Source: Octopus vulgaris
Lineage: Eukaryota
Reading direction: 5' to 3'
Length of the DNA stretch: 64,000 nt
Assembly: GCA_951406725.2 (NCBI GenBank)
Contig: OX597816.1
Coordinates: 102,300,001 to 102,364,000 of the forward strand
A program made the position numbers and the translations under genes. Positions 13,004-24,838 of the stretch are shown piece by piece; within the stretch, counting starts at the first letter, position 1, and each line of letters opens with the position of its first letter. The notes beneath the pieces are model-generated. The model was not told the origin of the DNA. It saw only the letters and a list, made by a program, of their open reading frames with translations, and ran no database searches.

Positions 13004-14909
13004 GTGCAAAAAAAAAATTGTGGTAATCCTTAGCACTGTAAATACGTCTCTTCTTATCACCCAACACATATGCATGCGTAATGTGTACGTGTGCATGGGT
13101 TTGAAGGAGAGAGAGAGAGAGAGTAAAATTCCTGCATATGATTCCTTCCCTAACAAGTAAAGCCGATGATTAAAGGTCTGGCAAGACAGACTTATGACTA
13201 AAGATTGATGCAAAAATATACTGGTGTTCTTATTGTTACGTGCGAACAAATATCTTTGGGTTAATATCGATCAGTTTAGCGTTGGCAGTGAAGGAAAATT
13301 CTGAAAACAATTTTAAAGTGAATTGCAATTCATCGCAACAAGCAGGGGAAAGGGTGTTATACGAAGAAGATTTTAAGTGAGGAATGCTACGTTTAACTTT
13401 GTAGTTGCTGTAAAGAAATAAGATACGGCGCAAACTGGTGTTTTTTTTAAAACTCCTTTTGAAAATATGGGAGCTGATTTAATATAATGCCATGGGTAAA
13501 AAGACAGAGAAAAATCTTAGTCGTCGAAAAAACCCCAACAAAAACGAAAAAAACCCCATGAAACGAAATGGTGCTATTAGATTATGTAGGCATGAAATTA
13601 TTGGTGGCGATTAGCAGAATGCCTCGTGGCATTTTTCTGTTTCTCTGCGTCCTGAGTTCAAATCCTGCTAAGGCCAGCTTTGTCTTTTATTCTTGCCGGG
13701 TCATTAAAAATGTACCGATTCAGGGGACGGTAGATTGGCAAAACTGTTGAGGGGTGGGACGAAATTCCTTGTACGATCTGTCTTAGCTTTTTATCTTCTG
13801 ACAGCAAAGCCTGCGACAACACTGATGCCAAACTGCATTGGTCCAAGTCGAAGACCTTTCTCTTGGATGACATCGGTTGCGTGGAGAAGGAAGATTTGCT
13901 AATACGTGAAACTGTTAATCTCTAAAGAATCTTGCTCAAGTCTGCACATACATGTGCAGATGAATGGTCAGTCATGGCCAACGAAGCACCGTCTTCGCTA
14001 GAAGCACAATTAGAAACAGATTACACTATAAAACGACTTCAATTCCAGTTCCCGAATTAGATCCTATAATCTGTGTTATCTTAACTCTGCGAGAAATAAC
14101 TCCATGAATCATACTTTGAATTAACTACCATGTTAGGCATTAGAGGATTTACCTATTCGGCTGGCGCTAAGTGACTGACAAATTACCATGTGGAGATAAA
14201 ACGGCACAGTTAAAATAACAGAAATAAATTATAGCATGTAATTTGAGAAGCCGAAATAGCAGGCATTCTCAGTAGCATAGCCATTCAGCAAGCGATAGCT
14301 TGGTGTTTATAATGTCTAATAGTAGATAACGAATAACGAATAAATCATTGTTATCAACAGCGAAATAAACTAAAGCAGCAAGCACAGTATTAAAAGCTTA
14401 ATAGTAAAGTAGGCGCTAGCACATTAAATATAGTAAGCGAAGATATTTTAATTAAAATTATACTCCAGTAATGAGGACAATAATTTTCTAAATGACTAAT
14501 TCTGAAAAAAAAAAAAAATGACAGGGGAGACAACTCCGAAATTATAGTCTATTGAATTTAAAATTAAGGATGAAATGCTGTGTGGAGTGCGTCAGATCTC
14601 CGGAAGTACAGCGACAACTTTTGGTATGTTTCGGTTTAATGGGACTCCGACTGTTACTGAAAATGTTTAAATAATGACTAGCAAAGAATACAGAATTTTA
14701 TGAATGATTTTAAGCAGCGCTATAAATTAAAAGATTGTCTGAAAGTCAGTTGTGCTATGCAGGAATTAAATACTTTGCGATATTCCTTCCGAGTTCAAAT
14801 CTCACTGAAGTCATCTTGCCTTTCACCCTTCAGGACTCTATAAAATAAACGAATTGGTATTTTATCAATTCCTCATTCAAAGTTTCTGGCTTTTCCTCTA
14901 TGTAAATTT

Positions 14910-14922
14910 ATTATTATTATTG

Positions 14923-14974
<52 letters not shown>

Positions 14975-15800
14975 GTTTTTTTTTTCTTTCTTCAAATTTT
15001 CTTCCGTTTCTCGCCGGGTGTTTTCCATACACCTAGGGCAGAGAAGCTCATTGTATGCATTCCCAGATTACACGCGCAAATTCACAGACAAAATATGTAT
15101 TTAAAAATTAATAAATAAATAAATTCATGGATGGATGTTGTCTTCACAGCGATAATGCTCTTCTCAGTACATGAGCCGTTCCAGTTAATACGATTTTTTG
15201 CACTTCCTGTAGGGATGGTAAGCCTGGAATCATTTTCAAATGGGTTTCAGTACCTTTTTTTATCATTCCTAGAGATCCTACAATCACTGGTACTGTAGTC
15301 GCCTTGAGATGCCACATATTTTCAATTTCTATGAGCAAGTCTTTATATTTACTAATCTTGTCAAATTCTTTCACCGCTATATTGTGATCGCAAGGAATAC
15401 TCATGTCAATTAATAAACACATCTTTTTTGTCTGATCTTTTATAATAATATCCGGTTTATTAGATTTTATAGTTTTGTCGGTCTGTACGGGGAAGTCCCA
15501 TAGAATCGTCACATTTTCTCCCTCAGTCACAGCTTCAGGATGGTGTTTATACCATTTGTCAGCGGTTTTGATTTTATAATGCAGACATATTGTCCAATGT
15601 AAATACTGGCCGACTCTGTCATGTCTTGCTTTATATTCTGCAGGTGCTAAGACTCTACATCCTGAGATTAGGTGGTCTATTGTTTCAATCTCATCGTTAC
15701 AGAATCGGCATTTTGAGTCAGCTCCTACCATGTCAAATAATTTTGATCAGCTTCAGATGTGCTATATTCTTTCTTTACTTATTTATATTTCTATCAGGTT
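14910..15800 (-). mobile_element. 3' fragment of an R4/Dong-type non-LTR retrotransposon (restriction-like endonuclease), ORF 15144-15731
   Basis: CCHC knuckle CRFC...ETIDHLISGC, RHD motif, KPDI...IDMSIP...K..KY (PD-D/ExK nuclease); 3'UTR ends in (TAA)n at ~14910-14973; no RT domain upstream. Confidence 0.9.
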
Positions 15801-16534
15801 AGGATACTTTTTTGCAGTAATGGATGTGTCACATTTTTCTGTTATGATTTTCGTATTGTGAATTTATTGGCCCTGCACACTTCCAACAACGTTTTTCTCG
15901 AATACATTTTATCCTTAGAAAATCTTCTTCGCCCTTCGTTTTCGAAAATGACCAAGACCCCACCTATTTATACATCGACAGCATTTTTAAAGACAATCAA
16001 TAACGGGGGATACAGACGCAGGAGCAGCTGGAAATTTGCCACTGCTATCAACTTTACAAGAACTTCCATGCTACGAAACTATGGAAATGGCAGTATTTTA
16101 TTGTCTCTGACGCGCGTCAATTTTCCTCAGCCGCAACGAAAGATTCGCAATCTGTAGTTAGAAGTTCAAGATCTGACTTGCACTGTACTTGGATTATATC
16201 GAAGAAGGACTGCACTGAGCGACAGGCTTCTTTGTCTCATCTCTAACATCCTGGACCAGTGGCAGGAAGAGATGAAGTGGTGACGACTGGACATATCTCA
16301 AGGATGTAATGCAATACGTTAGATACACATTTCACAGCGATATTGTGACTTATTTGCCTATTGAATCTTTAACCTCTGATAGTTGGGTTTCCTTCGCTCA
16401 GTTTACCGGAAATCCAGTGTTCATAATTCGTAGGGTGACAAGCTCTTAAAGAATTTCACCAAGAGCTTAAAATTTGTCCGCTATACTCCACTTAGTTTAG
16501 TCGGTCTGTCAATGCCAATTAATAAACACACGTA

Positions 16535-16611
<77 letters not shown>

Positions 16612-16877
16612 AAACACACACACACACGTATATTGTTGACGTCATAAGAATTTAGAAACTTCGGGTGAACATATAACTCTTTTCTGGAACGATTTAACTC
16701 GAAGCGAATACACAATATGAATAATGGCGTGTAATTATTGATGCTTTGGCTAGAACTCGAAGGTACCCGAGGGTCCTGAGACGTACCTCACGGGTACAGG
16801 GCTGCCTTCAATTTTTTCTATCTGAAGGGTTTTAACCCAGTTAGTTACCCGCTATTAATTATAGCTTTATTTTCATT

Positions 16878-16966
<89 letters not shown>

Positions 16967-17026
16967 TGTGTGTGTGTATGTGTGAGTGTATGTGTGTATC
17001 TATCTATCTATCTATCTATATAAAAT

Positions 17027-17236
17027 AACCCTTTCTGCTATAGACGCAAGGTCTGAAATTTGAGGTGGGGTAGTCAATTACATCGACCCCCAGCATTCAA
17101 CCGCTACTTGATTTATCGACCCTGAAAGGATGAAAGGCAAAGTCAACCTCGGTGCCATTTGAACTCAGAACGTAATGGCAGCCGAAATACCGCTAAGCAT
17201 TTCGCCCGGTGTGCTAACGATTCTGCTAGCTCGTCG

Positions 17237-17240
<4 letters not shown>
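17027..17240 (-). mobile_element. SINE family A
   Basis: Full head, core and tail. Confidence 0.9.
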
Positions 17241-17328
<88 letters not shown>

Positions 17329-17350
17329 ACAGTATGCAAAAAAACTCTCC

Positions 17351-17650
17351 CTTGTGAGTGGATTTGGTAGACGGAAACTGAAAGAAGCCCGTCGTATTTA
17401 TATGCATATACCTATGTGTGTGTCTTTGCATTTGTGCTTGCCTCCCCCACCATCTCTTGATGTTTTTACGTCCCCGTAACTTTGCGGTTTGGTAAAAGAG
17501 TTCGATAGAATAATTACTAGGCTTACAAAGAATAAGTCCTGGGGGGGGCAGTTTGTCCGACTTCTTCGACTAAAACCCTTTAAGGTAGTACTCAAGCATG
17601 ACCGCAGTCAAATGATTGAAACAAGTAAAAGAATAAAAGAATAACAGAAT
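17351..17650 (+). mobile_element. SINE family B, 5'-truncated
   Basis: CCTTGTGAGTGGATTTGGTAGACGG...CATGACCGCAGTCAAATG, (AAAAGAAT)n end. Confidence 0.85.
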
Positions 17651-20600
17651 ATATAATATAGGGATGCTGATTATGAGCATCAGCAATATGGCTTAGAGAA
17701 AGTGTCTCAAGGGAGCGTTTTGTATACTGAATACATATACTGCTCTTATATACGTAATATTGTTAGTTGAAAATGCAAGTTGCATTTGCGATACCTCTGT
17801 CTCCAGCAACACCGACGCTTCCACCACCATTACTCCTACCATTGGCTGAGACGACTAGTGGTCTGTTCAATGATCCTTGGCTATCAATTAGATCCGGTCG
17901 GGCTGCATAAATATCACCAACAGCATTACTTCCATTATAATCGTTATCAGTGCTACAGTCTTCATCGCCAACACCGCTTCTGTCTTCATCAGGATTTCCC
18001 TTTATAGCTAGACTTTCATTCACTAACCACATACAGGCAAACTGGCGTTGGGTTGATCTATGGACGTTCTCATTTAGTTATACACGATCACACACACACG
18101 TGCGCCTGATCGTGTATATCAATCTATCAGTTCGTCTGTCTATATGAATCGAATGTGTGTGTGCGCGCTTGCTTGCTTGCTTGCGCGCGCGTGTGTTAGT
18201 GTGTGTGTATGCGCGTGTGTATTTATGTACGTATGCACGTATGTATGTGTGTATGTATGTATGTATGTATGTATGTGTGTGTATGTATGTATGTATATAC
18301 CCATGTATGTATCTCCTTTTGTTCCTTACTAAGAAACAAAACTCCATCACTGGAATCTAGTCATCGACAACTGTAACATGCTAAGCTATAGAAAAGTCTT
18401 GCATATGTTCACTGTTCCGCTTACAATCTGAATTTGCTGACTGCGTATTAGAAAGTCCTTTTCTTTAAAAGGAAATGCAACTACTCAAAATTATTGATTA
18501 AATATTTTTTTACGCAACCAAAATGAGCTAATGGTTACTGGTGAAAATGTGTATTTATAATTTAGGCAGAAAAGTTGTAGATCGGGAAAAATCATTTGTC
18601 CGTGTACTCTTGCTGATTTCAAATGAATTATTCGTAACTTCCGGTCATCCAACCGCCATAACAGTACTTGATTTTTGTTTTCTAGGTTAGACTACTATAA
18701 CAGGTCTATTGTATTTGCAAAACATAGGAATGTTCTACCACTATTTCATCAATAATCCCATGAATTCCATCAATAATTGAATACATTCAACGTCGGTAGT
18801 ATTCATAATATTTATTTGAGGGCAATCCTCTGGACAGCATTCTATATCAATTTCGGCGAGAACATCTGTAGCCTTGACTGATTTGTAATGAGCTTCGTGA
18901 AATCCACCCATATTTCAGACACTGAAATGACAATATACGAGGTAGACATGTTTTCTTCAGACATCGAGATATGTTGTCAAAGCTACTCTAGCTGTGTGGG
19001 AAGTGACATAATTTTGAGTTCATTTTGTCCAAGAAATTTTTGAATCACATTTAATCGAAGAACGGCCTTCCCGAATCTTTCACGACAGAGGGAAAACTAA
19101 ATGAAGTGATTGGACTACGCGTGAGTTTCATGATAATGATGCCGTTGTATGTGTAGTTTCCCCTCCTTACTGAAATATCAGCGTTTATTTTAACTGGTCA
19201 TATGCTCGTTTGCAACTGTAGCCTGTCTTGCTCTTCTCGTAAAATTTTGTGCAACCTTTCACCCTTTAAATTTAGTCTAAATACTGACACAAGTAAAAGA
19301 ATAAAAGAATATATATATGTAAATATGTGTTTAAGTCTACACATAAGTGATATATTTAACCAGACACCATATTTAACACCACCACCTTCCACCAACCGGT
19401 CTTCAAGGCCCCGTAGGGTAACAGTCTTGGAGGGCTGGTGGTAGCCAAAATGTCATGATTAGATGCAAATAAAGCAGGATATGACATCAATATTTTGCTA
19501 GCAATTTTGCCTACTTTGCCTACTTATACCAAATAGGTGAATGGAGTCAATAACACTTCACCGGAAATTCCAAATACAGAAATGAATTTGACATCTGAAA
19601 CACAAAAGCATTCTGCCATCCTCATCAGGTCGCTAATCCAACAATGAAGACTTTGTATGGCATGACGAAAGGTTGACGAGTCTGACGGAGTCTGTATACT
19701 TACAATCAAAAGTATAGGCACAGCAGGAAATCGAATTCGTATTGTCGTATTAGCTTACTGTCAGCTCTTCATCGTATTACTGCATTGTGCATGATTTACA
19801 TACACCTATGTCAATTACAGCATGCATTGTGGAGGTGTTACTTTCAGCAGCTGCTCACGAGAAATAACAACGATTTTGGCACATCCCAACAATATCGTTC
19901 TTACCTGTGGTGCCAAGCAGCATTGATGCTACAATGAATGCCCAGTATCATCCTGTCTTCCATGCAGCTGCTGAAACATCCTGGGCAGCCACAACTATCC
20001 AAAGACTGAGTTACTATATGCCAAAGATTTATCATTCACTCTCATAATTGTCTTTTCACATACACATACGGACACACACGAGTACGCTCACACACATTTC
20101 CTATACATACATACATACATACATACATACATACATACATACATACATACATACATACATACATACATACATACATACATACATACTTACATACTTACAT
20201 ACACATATACATACATACATACATACATACATACATACATACATACATACATACATACATACGTACGTACGTCGTACATAAATACATGCACACACGCGCG
20301 CGCCACTTAAGCAGACATTTTTGGTGTACGCTTCAAGTATTTTAGTTACGTGTATCGATTCCTGTACTTTGTTACATATTTTATTGATCTCTGAGGAGAA
20401 ATGTCTTTAAAAACATAAACTTCCCTTAATCAAAAAACGAAAAATTAGTTTTTTTCCTTTTCGTTTATTTTCTCCTTCCTATTATTAATTGATACAACGT
20501 GAAAAATTAGTTATCTTAATTCCAGACAGAGTGACGTTAATTGAACAGACGATCAGAAGAAAAAAAAGCCAGTAGGTATCAAATATGGATGGCAGTAGCT

Positions 20601-20789
20601 TTCTCCTTGCTAGCGTATGCAGAAAGTGGCGAGCTGGCAAGATCGTTTGCACACCGGACAAAAAATTGCTCAGAGGCATTTCTTCCAGCTAGCTTTATGT
20701 TCTGAGTTCAAATTCTGCCAGGGTCTATAAAATAAGGTGCCTCGCAGTGGGACTGAACTCAGAACCATGTGATTGGTAAGCAAGCCACT

Positions 20790-20874
<85 letters not shown>

Positions 20875-20877
<3 letters not shown>

Positions 20878-21120
20878 ATAAAACGGTAAGATAACAAAAG
20901 AAAGAAAGAGACCTCAATATTATGTAAATAGAGGAAATTTATCTATACAATATGTTACATTACTCGGTAGTCAAGATAAAACTCTGAGTTTCAGATGCCG
21001 AAGTGGAAATCCACAACAGATAACCGAAGATAGCCAGATAACCGAAGAGATGGTGTTGTGGATTTCCACTTCGGCATCTGAAACTCAGAGTTTTATCTTG
21101 ACTACCGAGTAATGTAACAT

Positions 21121-21128
<8 letters not shown>
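20875..21128. mobile_element. Penelope-like inverted pseudo-LTR cassette between (TA)n runs
   Basis: Perfect 75-bp inverted repeat 20944-21018/21054-21128 overlapping a hammerhead-like motif. Confidence 0.65.
21036..21098 (+). ncRNA. Type I hammerhead ribozyme-like motif (CCGAAGA core)
   Basis: Stem I AGATAA/TTATCT, CCGAAGA, stem II GATG...CATC, GAAA, stem III ACT(CAG)AGT, GUU triplet. Confidence 0.6.
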
Positions 21129-21160
<32 letters not shown>

Positions 21161-21162
21161 AA

Positions 21163-21205
<43 letters not shown>

Positions 21206-21225
21206 AAATGTATATATATATACAT

Positions 21226-21434
21226 TCAAGATGTGACCGCGTGTGTACCGTTGGCGATTTTTTCCCTCCGTCTTCCCTTCTCTGGATTTTTCCTTTCCCT
21301 ATGTTTCTGACGAAGAGCTCTGCTCGAAACGTTAAATCCTCCTTCTTTCCTTCCTTCCCGAGCGTCCAATAATACTATACTTGTTCCACGTCCTCGCATT
21401 GTTGTGTTTTCTCTTTGTGTTTTCATGTTTGGAT

Positions 21435-21440
<6 letters not shown>
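21226..21440 (+). mobile_element. Penelope-like pseudo-LTR cassette between (TA)n runs
   Basis: Pyrimidine-rich cassette with hammerhead; 3' part recurs inverted at 29422-29510; relatives at 37565-37690 and 60395-60612. Confidence 0.7.
21303..21337 (+). ncRNA. Minimal type I hammerhead ribozyme (canonical CUGACGA core)
   Basis: GTTT-CTGACGA-A-GAGC(TCT)GCTC-GAAA-CGT-T-AAAT: stem I GTTT/AAAT, palindromic ACGT in place of stem III. Confidence 0.75.
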
Positions 21441-21503
<63 letters not shown>

Positions 21504-21999
21504 ATAAATAGATAGATAGACAGATAGAAAGATACACACACACGCATCAACACTCAGGCACACACACATGTTCATATATATGAATATATATGTATCTATG
21601 TACGCACCCATATATACATAGACTCATCAAATCAGGTATAAAATGTATCTCTGCCCTCACGAGTGTATTGCAAACCGATGTATGATTTCATTGATACTTG
21701 AGCCGTCAATAAAAGAAACAGAATACTTAATTTAATCACGAAACAATCACACACGCATACACTCACACACAATATTTGCAAAGCCTTAGGAAAAGACACA
21801 AACATAGAATTATGCTTACGACAGAATAGACTCACACAAGAAAGACCTACATATGTGTGTATGTGTGTGTGTGTGTGCGTGCGTGCGCGAGTATGTGTGT
21901 ATGCATGCGATTATATGTATAGGTATATGTGTTTGTATGTATGGATATAGATTTACGTGTGTGCAATTGTGTATGTATGTATGTATGTATGTATGTATG

Positions 22000-22032
<33 letters not shown>

Positions 22033-22935
22033 GTATACTCACACATACATACATAATACACAAATTCATCTACACATACTCTCAGAAACACTATTCATGC
22101 AAAAATACAGAAACACACCAACTCACCTTTACGCACGTACACATCACTCCACACACCGTTCACCTTTACCCACCTATCCACATTGTGCACGCACACACAT
22201 ACACACACACGCGCGCGCGCGCACGCACGCACACATGCATGTAATCACTTAAACTTACACATATGTACATTCATGAAACGAAATAGTAAAATTTTCCTTC
22301 TGCCCTCTACTAACTAAAAAAAATAAATAAATGAAAGCATGTCAGGAAGTGATGCAGAACGACATCTAGCGTCCCATTGTCGCTATTTCAGCGCCGTCGA
22401 GCAGGTGGGTTTCCTCCATCTAAACATAACAAGTCAAGAGGAATAAATGACTTTATGAACGGCAGTCTCGTGTGTTTTATGTCGTGTTGTGGCGTGCAAC
22501 ATGTCGCCCGGTTTTACGTTTTACGTTACCACCGGTTGTTTAGTACTTTGAAAGGTGTCCATTCTGTTGCACCGGTGCGGTTTAGCCGAATGGTTAAGGA
22601 GTTCGTTTAGCGGCCACAAGGTCTCGGGCTCAAATAGCCTGCGTAGGATCTAGAGCAAATGTTTGGTAAAACTTCGACTCGACATCTACCTTGTGAGTGA
22701 AATTGGGTTGAAAGGAAGCTGGAATAGAAGACTGTCGGATAGAGTTACCTGTACTCCAAAGGTACAGTCTTTTTCACACAATGTGTCACGCAGGTTCTGT
22801 CTGAGAGTCACGATAAGGCTACACGTGTCTGTGTTCTCATAACGCAATTCTTTAACAGATTGCCGGACCGAGTAATGAGTCGTGTTCTTGAGTAAAACAC
22901 TTCATTTCACGTTGCACTGTGATCAGCTGACATGT

Positions 22936-23305
22936 TAGTTAGTTAGTTAGTTAATTTGGCTCAAAAAGCAAAAAGCAAGGCCATGTAGGGGGACATGGAG
23001 TTATGTACTGGGTGGTGTTCATGTAAAGAGTTCAGGCCACTTGTGGTCAAGGGAGACTTTGAACCGAGCCGTCGTCGGCATCCTCACCATCTCGTCCGGC
23101 AGCTTATTCCACGGATCCGCAACCCGGACGGAGAAAGCCCCTCTCCTTCGATTGAGATGAAATCGTCGCAGATAGAGCTTTTCGGAGTGACCCCGCAGCC
23201 GACGCTCTGGAGCAGGAGTGAAGAACAGCTCTTTCAAGAGGTTACACTTTCCGCTTATGATGTTGTGAGCAAGAATGAGATCACAACGGCGTCGTCGTTT
23301 TTCTA
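22936..23305 (-). mobile_element. 3' fragment of a CR1-clade LINE inserted into a SINE
   Basis: Peptide RRRCDLILAHNI...LRGHSEKL...RRGAFSVRVADPWNKLP...FK..LD; 3'UTR stem-loop CCATGT..ACATGG; (TAAC)n tail; SINE family D sequence on both sides. Confidence 0.9.
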
Positions 23306-23763
23306 GGTAGCACACCATGCGCCTGTACAGGCAACGTCGATTTGATAGAGAGAGTAAGCTCATGCACAGTTCAAACATTTGATCATTATAAACAAATCAT
23401 CTGTGCGGGTTGTTCAGCAAGAAATTGCTCGAGAGACTAAAAACAAATGCATGTGTCTGTGGAATGATCGGCCACTTACACGCAATTCAGAAACAGTAAC
23501 TCTTTTGATCAAAACCGATAACTTTGTTGTTAAGAAGGTCACTTTAAAATCACATTAGTTTTGAGTACAATCCTAATGCACTGAGGTTTAGAAAAAAACT
23601 TTTACCATAACCTCGAGTCGACTTAAGCCTTGTGTGAAATTGGGTCGATGGAAATAGTCGCATGAACCTCACCGTTAGCTACTACAGCTCCCGTGATCTA
23701 GCCTCAGATATTTTCACAGTAAATCTGTCGGTCTATCTGTCTGTATGTCTGTCTGTCTCTCTC

Positions 23764-23794
<31 letters not shown>

Positions 23795-24029
23795 GTTAAC
23801 TATTTAACACACATTTTGTTTATTAAATGTATTGTCAATTGTGGAACACGACTGTCACGACATAAACCTGATGATTACGTAACGTATGAATGTACTAGTT
23901 TATTTCAACAGTATAGAATTGTAAAATTGTAAAAATTGCAAATAATAAAATGTGAAAATCAGACTAAATTGGAATTTCATTGATAGATATAAACGTGTGT
24001 GTGTGTGATAGAAATAGCGAGGAGCGAGT

Positions 24030-24145
<116 letters not shown>

Positions 24146-24778
24146 AAGGGAATGTGCTTCAATGGAGAATCCGCATGTTAAATACAACTATGCTCTGCTC
24201 TTGCATATGTAACGTAGTGAGTTAAAAAACTTAAAAACTACAAGCAGAATAGAGTGCCATTAGCAAGGGAGGTAATTGATTAAAAAAAACCCCATAACCT
24301 TTACATAATAGAAAGCTTATTCTCACATTAATTCACATTTTTTCTGCTTCTTTTTACATTATTCGGTTTTTGGAGAGTTTGTGGTGCATGCATAGTGTGT
24401 GTGTGTATGTGGGAAGGGATGAAGGAACGACGCTATTGTTTTCTTCCTATTTTTGTTTTCCATCGATAAAAGAGCAATGCAAGAATGCGCGACCTGATCA
24501 AAGTTGAGTTACTATGGCAATCGTGCCTTGTCTGACTTGGCAACATCTTTGAGTGGAAAGAGGTTGTAGTGGGGTCGTATGGTCACATATGAAGTAGCGT
24601 AGTAGTGTGGCGTGAGATGGTTGGGAAATGTGTGCGTATGCATGCGTGTGTGTATGTGTATGAGTGTACGTATGCTTGTGTGTATGTGTGCGTGTGTGTG
24701 TGTGTGTGTGTATGTGTGAGGTTTAATGTATGAACGTGATTAGAGGTTGTAGAAAAAGAATTAAAATGTAAAACTTAC

Positions 24779-24838
24779 CAATAGTTTATAATGTTCATAC
24801 GAAAACATGACCCGGTGGCAGGGAATGAGCGGAACCAT
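24779..24838 (-). CDS. Candidate first coding segment MVPLIPCHRVMFSYEHYKLL, gene not identified
   Basis: ATG at 24838 gives 20 open codons ending in phase 0 at the GTAAGT donor; no downstream exon identified. Confidence 0.3.

Noticed and set aside
15144-15731. Host gene or complete retrotransposon
   Set aside because: C-terminal nuclease fragment only; RT absent.
15759-16157. 132-aa plus-strand ORF
   Set aside because: No motif or splice support; overlaps the antisense of LINE-derived sequence.
16765-16850. RNase P RNA (GGGTCCTGAGAC and AACCCAGTT resemble conserved regions I and V)
   Set aside because: Spacing far too short and no P4 complementarity.
17763-18032. 89-aa G/D/N-rich ORF
   Set aside because: Looks like a decayed triplet repeat; no recognisable domain.
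19590-19630. Hammerhead on the minus strand (CTGATGAG); similar isolated boxes near 17990, 28060, 36620 and 56893
   Set aside because: No stem II plus GAAA or stem I partner.
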